From a virus: a stretch of DNA of 64,000 nucleotides. The stretch's first letter is position 1. Each line of letters begins with the position of its first letter. Made by a program: the position numbers and the translations under genes. The DNA is taken from the IMG/VR virus record IMGVR_UViG_3300035211_000050, positions 4,854 to 68,853 of that record; one strand, 5' to 3'. The notes below the pieces were generated by a model, which was given only the letters and a program-made list of their open reading frames with translations, had not been told where the DNA came from and searched no databases. Of this stretch, positions 35,848 through 45,800 are shown piece after piece.

Positions 35848-36527
35848 TATTAATAAAACCAAGTTTTGAAATTTTGAAAATAATGTGTAACTATATAGAT
35901 CTTGATCAAATGATAAAAGAAGATCCATTACAATTAATAGAGTATGCAGGCAGGACTTGCTACAAATCAGAAGATAAAATAACTCCAGACTCTGCTAAAG
36001 ATTTTGTAAAAAGAATTCTCAAGAGTGGCCATGAATCAGTAATTGAACACTCTGCAATGACAGTCAAAGTCATCTGTGATCGCGGTGTAACTCATGAAAT
36101 TGTTCGTCATAGGATAGGATCTTATTCTCAGGAAAGTACAAGATATGTGAATTATAAAGGAGGATGTACCTTTGTGATTCCACCTTGGATAAAAACAATT
36201 ATTTCTGGACAATTCAAAATTAAGTCTACTATGAAACTAACAAATTGTAATGATGCTACAGAACAATGGTTTAATGCTATGTTATATGCAGAAGCTGCTT
36301 ATACAAGATTATTAGATGAAGGTTGGACTCCACAACAAGCCCGTTCAGTCCTTCCCAATTCAACCAAGACTGAAATAGTCATAACATATAACTTTCGTGA
36401 GTGGAGGCATTTCTTCAAATTAAGAACATCAAATGCTGCACATCCACAGATGCAAGAAATTGCCAGACCATTACTTGATAAGTGTAAAGAATTAATTCCA
36501 GTCATCTTTGATGACATTACATATTAA
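35844..36527 (+). CDS. thyX: flavin-dependent thymidylate synthase
   Basis: GRTCYKS, GHESVIEH, RGVTHEIVRHR, SQESTRY, ARSVLP, AHPQM. Confidence 0.95.
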   Translation: MILIKPSFEILKIMCNYIDLDQMIKEDPLQLIEYAGRTCYKSEDKITPDSAKDFVKRILKSGHESVIEHSAMTVKVICDRGVTHEIVRHRIGSYSQESTRYVNYKGGCTFVIPPWIKTIISGQFKIKSTMKLTNCNDATEQWFNAMLYAEAAYTRLLDEGWTPQQARSVLPNSTKTEIVITYNFREWRHFFKLRTSNAAHPQMQEIARPLLDKCKELIPVIFDDITY

Positions 36528-36630
36528 TCCTATGGCTATTCTTTTTGATTCGTTAGTCTTATTTATTGTTATCAATAGCAAATAGAAGCATATACGATCT
36601 ATAAGGTTTAGCCTTGTAAAGGAGACAGGC

Positions 36631-36867
36631 ATGGCAAGACAAGCTAATGGATATTGCGTAAGATGTAAAAAAGATTTTACAACTGTAATTCCTTCTGATG
36701 CTTCAATACCAGACCTTTGCAGTGATTGTCAACAAAAGGCACAAGATGAAGAAAGAAAAATTTATTTTCTTCAATTGGATAAAATGCCCATAGAAAATCG
36801 GTTAAGAAGAATCGAGGAATGGCTTTATGATTATCAACCTTCTATCGATATAAAGCAAAAGTTTTAA
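36631..36867 (+). CDS. DksA/TraR-type C4 zinc-finger protein
   Basis: GYCVRC-x17-CSDCQ with DLC.DC, as in DksA fingers. Confidence 0.5.
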   Translation: MARQANGYCVRCKKDFTTVIPSDASIPDLCSDCQQKAQDEERKIYFLQLDKMPIENRLRRIEEWLYDYQPSIDIKQKF

Positions 36868-36883
36868 TCTTAAGGAGACTCAA

Positions 36884-37174
36884 ATGAAGAAGAAAAAAAT
36901 ATTTCAAATTTTAATAATCATTATCTTTTTTGTTATTTTTTCAGCGAATACATATTCTGAGGAGGCTACTACAGAAGTAATCACAAGCAAGCAGTTACTC
37001 GAAGCTCAGATTATGGCTAGCCAGGAAAAGCTTCAAAGACTGCAAATAGAATTTGAATTGACAAAACAGAATTTAAATATCTTGCAAAGCAGATATAAGC
37101 AGGAGCTGAAAAAAGAAGAAGATAAAAAGAATGCAGAGAATGAAAAGAAAGATAAAAAGAAAAAGAAGAAATAA
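36884..37174 (+). CDS. signal-peptide/TM-anchored coiled-coil protein
   Basis: MKKKKIFQILIIIIFFVIFSA then a heptad-rich region. Confidence 0.65.
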   Translation: MKKKKIFQILIIIIFFVIFSANTYSEEATTEVITSKQLLEAQIMASQEKLQRLQIEFELTKQNLNILQSRYKQELKKEEDKKNAENEKKDKKKKKK

Positions 37175-37179
37175 TATAA

Positions 37180-37208
37180 TGGCTGGAAGATATCATTTCC
37201 TCCAGCCA
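37180..37208. terminator. hairpin between the convergent arms (probable bidirectional terminator)
   Basis: tggctgga...tccagcca with AT-rich flanks. Confidence 0.65.
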
Positions 37209-37228
37209 ATAAAATTTAATTAAAATAC

Positions 37229-37444
37229 TTATTTTTCAGGTTTTTCTTTCTCGTCAATCTTTGATTGTGTATCATGGGAAGATGGCCTGATGAACTCAAG
37301 AGCATTATTAAAAACCATATAAATTTTCATCAATACTTTAATTTTAAATTGGTTTGAAATACTTTTAAGCATTATCAAGAAGATTCCCATAGCCAGCCAG
37401 TTTCCATCTATAAATTCTTTTACTGGAATATCTAATGAAATCAT
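37229..37444 (-). CDS. holin-like small membrane protein
   Basis: Hydrophobic helix and charged tail, in the lysis region. Confidence 0.45.
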   Translation of the reverse strand: MISLDIPVKEFIDGNWLAMGIFLIMLKSISNQFKIKVLMKIYMVFNNALEFIRPSSHDTQSKIDEKEKPEK

Positions 37445-37453
37445 AACAAGCTC

Positions 37454-37612
37454 CTATTTAAAAAACTCTTCTGGGTCCTTGTCAATAAAAAGTGCCCTGA
37501 CATCTTCCACTGTAATTTCTTTTTCCTGCATGGCATTAGCAATGGAAATAATCGCTGTTGGGCCGTACTTTAAAACACTGATGATAATTTCTAATATTAA
37601 TGCTTCAGTCAT
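37454..37612 (-). CDS. small protein (52 aa, MTEALILEIIISVLKYGP...)
   Basis: Not in the ORF track; AAGGAG RBS, overlaps the lipoprotein stop. Confidence 0.6.
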   Translation of the reverse strand: MTEALILEIIISVLKYGPTAIISIANAMQEKEITVEDVRALFIDKDPEEFFK

Positions 37613-37989
37613 TTTGAATCTCCTTTGTCCACATAAGGTTCAACAAGCTGAAGAAGTTCAGTTAATAGCACAGTGGTTCTTGTCAAATTAACAAGATAAT
37701 CCTTTTCCTTTGCAATCTCTTCAGATTGTTTGTAAAGAAGAAAAGCTTCTACGGTAAGATTATGTGCTTTTCTATACTCCCTCGCCTTTGCCACGATTTC
37801 ATCCTTCACGGCCTCTGGAACTTTACCTTGCTTGTAAAGGTCTCCAATAATTGACAACGTTGTTTCATATGTTGTCTGACTAATTGCCAATGTTGAATAA
37901 GTAGTCTGCTCCATTTTACTGGCACAACCAGACAATAAAATCATTAACATAATAAAACTGGCCAAGTTAAAATATTTAATTCTCCTCAT
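37609..37989 (-). CDS. lipoprotein (spanin-like candidate)
   Basis: Lipobox LLSGC after a hydrophobic leader. Confidence 0.65.
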   Translation of the reverse strand: MRRIKYFNLASFIMLMILLSGCASKMEQTTYSTLAISQTTYETTLSIIGDLYKQGKVPEAVKDEIVAKAREYRKAHNLTVEAFLLYKQSEEIAKEKDYLVNLTRTTVLLTELLQLVEPYVDKGDSK

Positions 37990-38011
37990 AACTATCTCCT
38001 ATAATTAAAGA

Positions 38012-38425
38012 TTAACTCCAAAAGAAAACATGTCTCTTTATCCAGGCAATAATTCTCTCATACCATTTTAAATGTGCTGGCGGTGCTGGAGCAACTCTTG
38101 TATCAAAATGCTTTGTAACTTCATTTGAGTAATCAGATTCAAGACCTGATGTATCAAAAGCTGTAACTACCCAATAAAAATCAGATTCAGCATCATCAGG
38201 CACATTTAATTCACTTTGATAATTAGTTACAAGACCTAAAACTGCTGCTGGAGTTTCATAATTACCTGACTCTGTACTTATGTAAACTTTATATCCAGCA
38301 AGATCAGGTTCAGAATTAGCATCCCATGTCAGAGTATATCCTTTTACTTCTGCATAACTGCTGCAACACATGGAAAATAATAAACCTATTGTAAACAATA
38401 AAACTTTAAAAATACTTTTCTTCAT
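38012..38425 (-). CDS. secreted fibronectin type III domain protein
   Basis: Signal peptide; TLTWDANSEPDLAGYKVY...YWVVTAFDTSGLESDYSNEV. Confidence 0.8.
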   Translation of the reverse strand: MKKSIFKVLLFTIGLLFSMCCSSYAEVKGYTLTWDANSEPDLAGYKVYISTESGNYETPAAVLGLVTNYQSELNVPDDAESDFYWVVTAFDTSGLESDYSNEVTKHFDTRVAPAPPAHLKWYERIIAWIKRHVFFWS

Positions 38426-38440
38426 AATTTTCTCCTTTAA

Positions 38441-38791
38441 TTAATATGGCCAAAGAACTTCTTGAGGATTCTCAAACCTGCTACCTAAATGAATGAATGT
38501 CTTTGCAACACCAATACGTCTAAATCCTACCTTGAAAGCCGCCTGTAATATTTTAAAACGTAACGAAGAATTTCTACAACTAATATCAATACCTTCTCCA
38601 GTTAAATGATCAGATGTCTCTTTACCTCCTTCCTTCTTATTATGCTCCTCACATCTACAGGCAGAGTTAACTATTAATGGCTGGCCTACAGTATAGCGTA
38701 GAAAATTTATTCGCTCTAAAAAATCTTCTTCAATATTATAAAGGCCACAGCAAGGACATTTTAATTCATCTTCTGTAAAATAACTTTTCAT
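38441..38791 (-). CDS. peptidase M15 endolysin
   Basis: ELKCPCCG, VNSACRC..HN...GG...SDHL.G.GIDI, FIH. Confidence 0.85.
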   Translation of the reverse strand: MKSYFTEDELKCPCCGLYNIEEDFLERINFLRYTVGQPLIVNSACRCEEHNKKEGGKETSDHLTGEGIDISCRNSSLRFKILQAAFKVGFRRIGVAKTFIHLGSRFENPQEVLWPY

Positions 38792-38793
38792 GA

Positions 38794-38955
38794 TTATCGA
38801 TCCTGTAATCTTTTAATGTTTGCAGATGCATTATTACACAAGTCAGGTATCTTACTCTTATTTTCTTGATAAGCAATAAGAATAGCTTTTAAGACTGCCT
38901 GAAACATATCAAATAAACTATCTATATCATAATCTTTCTTTACAGTATTTTCCAT
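38794..38955 (-). CDS. small hypothetical protein (53 aa)
   Basis: Not in the ORF track; GAGGT RBS. Confidence 0.5.
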   Translation of the reverse strand: MENTVKKDYDIDSLFDMFQAVLKAILIAYQENKSKIPDLCNNASANIKRLQDR

Positions 38956-38963
38956 TATACACC

Positions 38964-39224
38964 TCATTTAAAAAGGCCAGATAGATAACCTCCTATTACA
39001 CCAGTCATTCCAGCAAAACCTTTATCTGTTAATCTTCGCTTGTCAACCTTCTTATCAATTGAATTAATCTTTTCTGTACAAGCACAAACCTGAGCTTCAA
39101 ACTTTGAATTTAAAGTGTCAATAGAACTACTGATATTATCCAACATATCAAAAGTAAGAGCTGATTTAGTTTTTTCATCTGCATCAACATAAGTTTCTTT
39201 TTTTATTCCATGGTCATTTCCCAC
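38964..39224 (-). CDS. holin-like coiled-coil + C-terminal TM protein
   Basis: GTG start after GAGGGAG; C-terminal GFAGMTGVIGGYLSG. Confidence 0.5.
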   Translation of the reverse strand: MGNDHGIKKETYVDADEKTKSALTFDMLDNISSSIDTLNSKFEAQVCACTEKINSIDKKVDKRRLTDKGFAGMTGVIGGYLSGLFK

Positions 39225-39256
39225 AACATTTCTCCCTCAAAAAATGTTAAATAATA

Positions 39257-42200
39257 TTACTTTTCAATTGAGTTAAAATAATTCTGTCTTAATTGTTTTT
39301 GTCGCTCTTTTAACTGACCAATTCTCTTTCTTACGCTTGTAGTTTGCTTAAGCTTTTCTAACCTATTGATTAATGTAGTTATACTGTTTATAGAACTTGC
39401 AAAACCCTCATAATGTTTCATCTGCCTAAATTCTGTAATGTTATCTTTAATAAAACCTCTCTTGTCTTCTGCTTTATCAAAAGAACTCTTAAATTTTCTA
39501 AACTTCTTTCCGGCATCTTTAAAGTCCTGTTCTTCTATAGATGGCCGATATTCACTTCCTCGCCCAACATGCCAGTAAAGAAGCTTGCCAATAAATGGTA
39601 ATGATTCTAAAAGCCTAGAATTTTCAACATCAAATATCTCACCACTCATTACATCTTTACTTAAGGCATTTACAAATTTAACTGGAGGTAAAATCATCTG
39701 ACTTATAGCTGTACCAATTCCTTCTCTTCTTGCCTGCATTCTGACGAATCTATTTGCGCCTCCCATAGTTAGAAAGTTTTCAATTACATTATCACTAAAC
39801 TTAATATCCTTTCCTAACATAAAGTCTTTTATTTCATCTGCGCCGGCATTAGCTAAAGTAAGCAAACCCATTAATTTAACCATATTGCCCATTGCTCTTA
39901 ACTTCTGATTAGCATTACCTCTCTTAAGATCACGCCAAACTTCATTACGAAATACATCAAATTGTTTTATCGTATATGTTTTTAGCATATACAAAATTCT
40001 CCAATTCCCCCCTTTAAGATAATACTCTGGCATTTCAGAAAGTGCTACTGGCTGGAAATCTAACAATCTTGAATACAATAGCATCTTGACATTCTCTGAA
40101 GGATTATCAGCTAATATATCATTAATAACTTCATTAGATTTACTTCCAAAAAGTGGTCTTATCTTTTTTAATAATTCTGCCCTACCTTCTTCTGAACTGG
40201 CCTGACGTTTGAAAGCATCAAAAGCATTATTAATCAGAACCTCTTTACCAATAGAATCAATTTTTTCAAGCCCTGTATATTTGAACACTTTAGAAACTAG
40301 ATTACTTAAAGAATCAAAGTCAGCAAATTCTTGTGCCATTCTTTCAATACCTAAATCCTCTTTAGTAATTTTTGAATTCTTAAATATTGCATTCGTTAAA
40401 TTTTTTACATTGCTTGGTAAATTTCTAGGGTCAAAAATATTCCCTACATACATAGCCCAGGCAAGATCACCTACCTGAGTTACAGCAGCTACTGGATTAC
40501 CCATAACATCAATATAAGCAATATTCTTATACGCATGAACAATCCCAGTTGTGCCTCTCTCATGAAATCTAGATTCAAGAATATCACGAACTGCCTGCTC
40601 ATCTTTCTTATGTAACTTTCCATCAAGCATCAAATCATTAATATATACACCAATATTTTCTGTATAATCTCTTTGGTTCTTATACTTCTCAATGGCAGCA
40701 TCATAATCTCTGATGTTCTCTTCAAGTAAATCCATTCTAGCTATATGAGCATCAGCCAATGCTTGCTGTGCCTCATCTAAAATTGGTTCACTATTTTCAA
40801 AACCAGACAGCTTTTCAAGCTTAATTAATTCCGTTTGTGCTAATGATCTTTTTTGTTTTAATCGAGAAATTCGTTCAGGAACTTTACCAAAGAATCTTCG
40901 AGCTTCTATCTTCTTAGTCATTGAATAAAGATATTGCATTAAAGCAGCATCAGAATCCATATAAAACTTTGCATATTCTTCTGGAATAGTCTCAAATACT
41001 CTACTCTGAATATTGCCAGGCCCAGCAATTCCTTTATACGTACCAAGAATAATATTACTAATAATATCTGCACGAACATCTGGATATCTATAATTAAACT
41101 CAGATACAGTTATTCCAAGCTTATCTGCTTTAGCTTTAATAGCTTCTGTAAAGACAGGCCGCTTAGAAATCTCTTGAGTTGCTTGCAAGAAGCCTTCCTG
41201 ATCTTTTAGAATACGAGGCCAATAGTCTTCAATAAAACCTACATCAAGACCAACATCAATGGCATCCTGCCTGATTTGATTTAAGACTTCTCGTGTTTTA
41301 TTATAAGAATCTAAGATATCATACTTTTCAGCAAGTTGAGTAATCTTTCCTAAATCAGAATTCTTACGTGCCCAATCCCAGGCAGACTTATCTTCTATTG
41401 ACATTTCCTTTTTAGCTTTTTTCATCATTGGATATGCATTATTCAAGGCACTAGTAATTTTCATACTTGTGACAAAATCCAATTTACGAAGCTTATTAGA
41501 TATGTCTTCTAAACCAATATTTTTAAGTCTAGTAGATACAGGCGTAAGACTTTTGTCAGTCATTAATTTCATATCAGATAATTTCATTCGTAATGACTGA
41601 CCAATCTTTTTTAAGATATTTGATTTCTGTTGATAGATTTCATTATACTGTTCATCTGAAAGTTTCTGTTCAGGCAGAGGCTCACGAGTTTCAAACATCG
41701 GAAGATTAGATTGCTCTTCAATGCCTGATTCTCTTTCAAATATTTTTCCACTCTCAGCTTCTCTAGCCAAGCCAGTCGCAGTCTGAGCTTCTGGATTACC
41801 AGTAAGAAATCTCTTACCTGTTAAGTAAAGTTGGTTAAAGAAGTCCATGATTTTTTGAATCATTTTATTAAAAGTAGAATTGTTACGATAAGATTCTCTA
41901 TCTTTCATTATTCGAGCAAACATCTTTGCACGATTTTCACGCATTGCCTGAATAGAATCTTTGTGCTTACTTGGAGTAAATCCTAACTTGCCGGCCTTTC
42001 TTAATTTATTAAACTCTCTATTCAGTGCGGCATCATCCTCTTTTGTAATCATTCCAAGATTATCAAGCACATGTTTATTTTCATGCCAGAGAGTTTCATT
42101 GTCTGCAAAATTGGCATCGAGCATAATATTAGATCCTATTGTAACTCCTAGAATCTTTCCATCTTCTGACATCTCGCCTGATTGGATGGCCATTTCAATA

Positions 42201-42850
42201 AAATCATTTCCGGCATCTTTAATATTTTGAATGGTAAGTCCGCTACCATTTTTGAATCTCACAGCTATTGTATTGTCACTATCAATAAAAACATTCTGAT
42301 TAGGAAACATCTTTTTAATTTCGTTAATATCTAATCCTTGATCAGGCGCTTGATTTTCACGAATTTCCATATTAAATCTTTCAGGATTTTCCTTAGCTTC
42401 AATAACTTCACGCATAAATTGAGCTTGAGTAGTAACTTCTTGAAACTGATCCATTAACTCAAACTTTTTAGCTTTATCAGATTCTTCTGAAGCTTGACTA
42501 TAAATAGTATCTGCTTCTTGTAATAATTGATCTCTACGATTTTGAACTTCTTCAAGCTGTTCAGGAGTAGCAATCTTTGAAAATTCTACAGCATCAACAG
42601 TATTTTTAAGTTCAGGAATATTTATTTCTTCAACAATCTCTTCTGGAATAACTGCGCCAGCTTCTGTAGCTTTATTAATTATATCTTGCTGTTCTTCTAA
42701 TAAAGAATTAAAATGTCCATCAACTGCAAAGACTTCTGCCTGATGTCCACTATAACCATTATCATTAAGTTCTTTAAGTAAGGCTTTAATAGCAACATTA
42801 TCTGCTGGATCAATTTTGTGTAGTCTCAAACAATTTGCAAGAGGTTTCAT
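39257..42850 (-). CDS. large polyvalent internal virion/ejection protein with zincin-like (HExxH) domain
   Basis: 1197 aa; ETLWHENKH; helical C-terminal domain (DYWPR, DFQP, LKTY). Confidence 0.7.
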   Translation of the reverse strand: MKPLANCLRLHKIDPADNVAIKALLKELNDNGYSGHQAEVFAVDGHFNSLLEEQQDIINKATEAGAVIPEEIVEEINIPELKNTVDAVEFSKIATPEQLEEVQNRRDQLLQEADTIYSQASEESDKAKKFELMDQFQEVTTQAQFMREVIEAKENPERFNMEIRENQAPDQGLDINEIKKMFPNQNVFIDSDNTIAVRFKNGSGLTIQNIKDAGNDFIEMAIQSGEMSEDGKILGVTIGSNIMLDANFADNETLWHENKHVLDNLGMITKEDDAALNREFNKLRKAGKLGFTPSKHKDSIQAMRENRAKMFARIMKDRESYRNNSTFNKMIQKIMDFFNQLYLTGKRFLTGNPEAQTATGLAREAESGKIFERESGIEEQSNLPMFETREPLPEQKLSDEQYNEIYQQKSNILKKIGQSLRMKLSDMKLMTDKSLTPVSTRLKNIGLEDISNKLRKLDFVTSMKITSALNNAYPMMKKAKKEMSIEDKSAWDWARKNSDLGKITQLAEKYDILDSYNKTREVLNQIRQDAIDVGLDVGFIEDYWPRILKDQEGFLQATQEISKRPVFTEAIKAKADKLGITVSEFNYRYPDVRADIISNIILGTYKGIAGPGNIQSRVFETIPEEYAKFYMDSDAALMQYLYSMTKKIEARRFFGKVPERISRLKQKRSLAQTELIKLEKLSGFENSEPILDEAQQALADAHIARMDLLEENIRDYDAAIEKYKNQRDYTENIGVYINDLMLDGKLHKKDEQAVRDILESRFHERGTTGIVHAYKNIAYIDVMGNPVAAVTQVGDLAWAMYVGNIFDPRNLPSNVKNLTNAIFKNSKITKEDLGIERMAQEFADFDSLSNLVSKVFKYTGLEKIDSIGKEVLINNAFDAFKRQASSEEGRAELLKKIRPLFGSKSNEVINDILADNPSENVKMLLYSRLLDFQPVALSEMPEYYLKGGNWRILYMLKTYTIKQFDVFRNEVWRDLKRGNANQKLRAMGNMVKLMGLLTLANAGADEIKDFMLGKDIKFSDNVIENFLTMGGANRFVRMQARREGIGTAISQMILPPVKFVNALSKDVMSGEIFDVENSRLLESLPFIGKLLYWHVGRGSEYRPSIEEQDFKDAGKKFRKFKSSFDKAEDKRGFIKDNITEFRQMKHYEGFASSINSITTLINRLEKLKQTTSVRKRIGQLKERQKQLRQNYFNSIEK

Positions 42851-43182
42851 TATATCATCCCCGAAAGTGTAAGTATTTCTAATATTTCAAACATTTCCTG
42901 ATCTTCTTGTCTTAATAATTTATAATTATCTTTAGTTATTATTGGATCATCCCACATACTCCAAGCACTCTGAGGATAATCAGCTGTACCATTTCCTCCA
43001 CCACCACTTGAAGGAATAATTACTGGAGTACTTGGTTCTAATGGGTTTCCCCAAGAATATTCTTTCCATATATTATCAGACCAAGCAAATTCTTTCCAAG
43101 CCCAAGGTTGAGTTCTACTTCCCCAAGAAAGAGTTTTCCAGGTAAAAGTTTTCCAGGCAAGACCTTTCCAAGCATATCCCAT
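42850..43182 (-). CDS. Trp-pentapeptide-repeat structural protein
   Basis: W every 5 residues in two blocks, then GGGG and EDQEMFEIL. Confidence 0.6.
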   Translation of the reverse strand: MGYAWKGLAWKTFTWKTLSWGSRTQPWAWKEFAWSDNIWKEYSWGNPLEPSTPVIIPSSGGGGNGTADYPQSAWSMWDDPIITKDNYKLLRQEDQEMFEILEILTLSGMI

Positions 43183-43734
43183 TTATACAGGTCCCCAAGG
43201 ATCACCTTCAACACCAGTCCCTTCAACAGAAACTCCATTAATTTTTCCTACATCTACTTTTCCAGCCGTTAGATTAATAATTCCAGTAATAGCAGCCTGA
43301 ATTTCTGCAGAGCTAAGATCATTCAATGCAGCAATCAAGGCTGGTATTGTCGTTCCAGTATCTTCTAAAATAGCAGCAATTTCAGTATCAAGATAATTAA
43401 GAATAGATGTTTGATTTGTGGCTGTTGCAGGATCAGCTGGAAGATTAGTAGTCTTCTCATTAATAGCTTGTAAGATTCCAGCAACTTCAGCAGCACATGG
43501 AACATATTTCTCTCCTGCTGGTTGATTAGAACCTCCATAAGCACGACCTGCATAATTCTCTGTGTTATCAGCAGCAGCATATGTATACTTATAAAATCCA
43601 TCACCAACTTCTGACATAGCAACATCAGTAATCACAAGAGAATTATCTGACAAGTCTCTAATTCTAATTGTTGGAGATAACCCTGTTTTTGGTTCTCCAT
43701 ATTCAGTAAAGTATGCAACAAAAAGTAAAGCCAT
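43183..43734 (-). CDS. putative virion structural protein
   Basis: TGLSPTIRI..MSEVGDGFYKY; ILEDTGTTIPA. Confidence 0.6.
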   Translation of the reverse strand: MALLFVAYFTEYGEPKTGLSPTIRIRDLSDNSLVITDVAMSEVGDGFYKYTYAAADNTENYAGRAYGGSNQPAGEKYVPCAAEVAGILQAINEKTTNLPADPATATNQTSILNYLDTEIAAILEDTGTTIPALIAALNDLSSAEIQAAITGIINLTAGKVDVGKINGVSVEGTGVEGDPWGPV

Positions 43735-43754
43735 TTTAGTTTCCTTAATTTATA

Positions 43755-45143
43755 TTATTCGAAATAAGTATCTGCCTTCCTAAGTTTATTTGTATCTTCG
43801 ATTATTTTTATTCTTTCACTCAATTCATTATTAATGATTATTTGTTCTTGCACTGCTTTAGTAAGAACTGATATCATAGCTCCAAGATCCCTTCCATCAT
43901 TTCTTTGAGTAAATTCAGGCAATGTTGAATGATCTATATTTCCATTAACACCTTTAATTTTAGATATTTCTACTAAAGCTTCACCTTCATAGAATGGTGT
44001 TCGGTCAGTAAATGAATCTGCTGAGACATCTCCAGAAAACCAAGCATTACCATTTGCATAAAAAAGAACTAAATCATCATGACTATGTAAGCCAAAAGTA
44101 AGTGCATTACTTGCTGAATTATCTCCTGCATATTTAAATCCAATATAACCAGAATTAGCATTTGCTTTTTCCTGACCAAACATATGAATTACTCTATTAC
44201 CTGTTGTAAGATTTGGATGTAATGCTAGAGAAGCCCAACTAAATGTAGTATTTGCCGTTCCATTTAATGTTAATATTGGAGTAGCATCACCACCAAGTCC
44301 TGATGCTTCAACGTTACCTGTGAATACAGCACCTCCACTATCAAGCAATCTGAACTCTTCTGTGCTTGTAAAATTATATAACTGTAAATATCCGGAAGTA
44401 TTATTATATCCAACATATGCTTTATTAGCACCACTAACTTGTGAATACACTCCAGCTGCAGTACTATTAATATAAACAGGCCCTGAAAATACAGAATGTC
44501 CATCATTCCAAAGAACTAATTGATCTGTTAGAGCTCCACCTCCAGAACTTGTTCTAAGATGTATTTTACCTTCGTAAGAAGATCCTCCTATTGAATCCAA
44601 ATAAGTATCTACATAAGGATAATTATACACTGTAGATAACTTTGACATATAATCTTGACCTGAACCTGCAGATAATCCTAGAAAACCATTTGAAGAATAT
44701 AGATTTTTTGTTAATACAATATCTCCATCAGACTCAATCTGCATTGCATCAGTATCAGACGCAGAACCAATATAACCATCATCAGGAATTATAAGATTAC
44801 CTGTTAATGATAAATTATTAAATGTTGGATTGGCATCAGTAGTAAGATCTTGATTAAGAACACTAGCTGACTCAACTGTTAGAGATCCTGAAAGAGTAAT
44901 TGTCTGACTTTGAATTGTCACAAGATTACTTAAAGAAATAATTGCATCCTCTATTGTAGCTTTTGTAGTAGCATCAATATTATCAAGACCATTTAGATAA
45001 CTATCCCCTTGCATATCGAGAACAGTAACATCAATAGCATCAGCAGTTTTACCTTCACGAACAAGTTGTCCATCTGCAGCAAATGTAACAGATGAAAACA
45101 ATAACAGAGTACTAATAAGTCCTACTAATTTCTTTGCAAACAT
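43755..45143 (-). CDS. fibre protein with S74-like C-terminal chaperone and N-terminal signal-like peptide
   Basis: Gly/Ser beta repeats; FTDRTP..AL..I...GRDLGAMISVLTKAVQE plus coiled coil. Confidence 0.7.
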   Translation of the reverse strand: MFAKKLVGLISTLLLFSSVTFAADGQLVREGKTADAIDVTVLDMQGDSYLNGLDNIDATTKATIEDAIISLSNLVTIQSQTITLSGSLTVESASVLNQDLTTDANPTFNNLSLTGNLIIPDDGYIGSASDTDAMQIESDGDIVLTKNLYSSNGFLGLSAGSGQDYMSKLSTVYNYPYVDTYLDSIGGSSYEGKIHLRTSSGGGALTDQLVLWNDGHSVFSGPVYINSTAAGVYSQVSGANKAYVGYNNTSGYLQLYNFTSTEEFRLLDSGGAVFTGNVEASGLGGDATPILTLNGTANTTFSWASLALHPNLTTGNRVIHMFGQEKANANSGYIGFKYAGDNSASNALTFGLHSHDDLVLFYANGNAWFSGDVSADSFTDRTPFYEGEALVEISKIKGVNGNIDHSTLPEFTQRNDGRDLGAMISVLTKAVQEQIIINNELSERIKIIEDTNKLRKADTYFE

Positions 45144-45444
45144 CGTTTCCCTCTCCTATTAATGTTAATGTTATATCACCACTAAGAACGCATTCTAATT
45201 CATAGGCTAACTTTATATTAGCACTATCTGGAACAGTTATTGTATCTCCGGCATCAGCTTCTAAAACAATAATTTTACCATCAGCTAATCCAGTAACTTG
45301 ATCCAATTGATCTTCTGTACCAGATTCTGCTTGAAGAATCTTTCTGCCAGAACCCAATACAGCGACAACACCACTAGAGATTTCAAGAGTTTCCTTGATA
45401 TCACGTTCAACATAATTGCCTGTTCTTCCAAAGACAAAAGCCAT
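45112..45444 (-). CDS. putative structural protein
   Basis: Beta-rich; GGAGG RBS. Confidence 0.6.
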   Translation of the reverse strand: MAFVFGRTGNYVERDIKETLEISSGVVAVLGSGRKILQAESGTEDQLDQVTGLADGKIIVLEADAGDTITVPDSANIKLAYELECVLSGDITLTLIGEGNDVCKEISRTY

Positions 45445-45457
45445 TTAATATTCCTCC

Positions 45458-45796
45458 TTAATCATACCATTCAAACTCGTATTTAATCGCTACATTATTT
45501 TTATCTCTAATTGGTGTAACACATTTTAGTTTTTTCTTTTCAGGAGTATTAACAATAATCTCCTTGCTTTTAATTGTTCTTATTAACTCATTTATTAAAT
45601 ATACATTTTCTTTAGGAACGTTATTAGAAGATTCTATGAAATCTTTTATAGAAGTAATAGCATAGACAACATTCTTCATTAGATCTTCTAATTTAATTTC
45701 CTTTTTATCATTCTTTAATTCCTGCCGCTTCTTTTTTATTTCAGCAATTCTTATGTCTTTTTCTGACATAACATCTGTCAATTGTCGTTGTTTCAT
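45458..45796 (-). CDS. hypothetical protein
   Basis: AGGA RBS; C-terminal PIRDKNN motif. Confidence 0.55.
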   Translation of the reverse strand: MKQRQLTDVMSEKDIRIAEIKKKRQELKNDKKEIKLEDLMKNVVYAITSIKDFIESSNNVPKENVYLINELIRTIKSKEIIVNTPEKKKLKCVTPIRDKNNVAIKYEFEWYD

Positions 45797-45800
45797 AATA

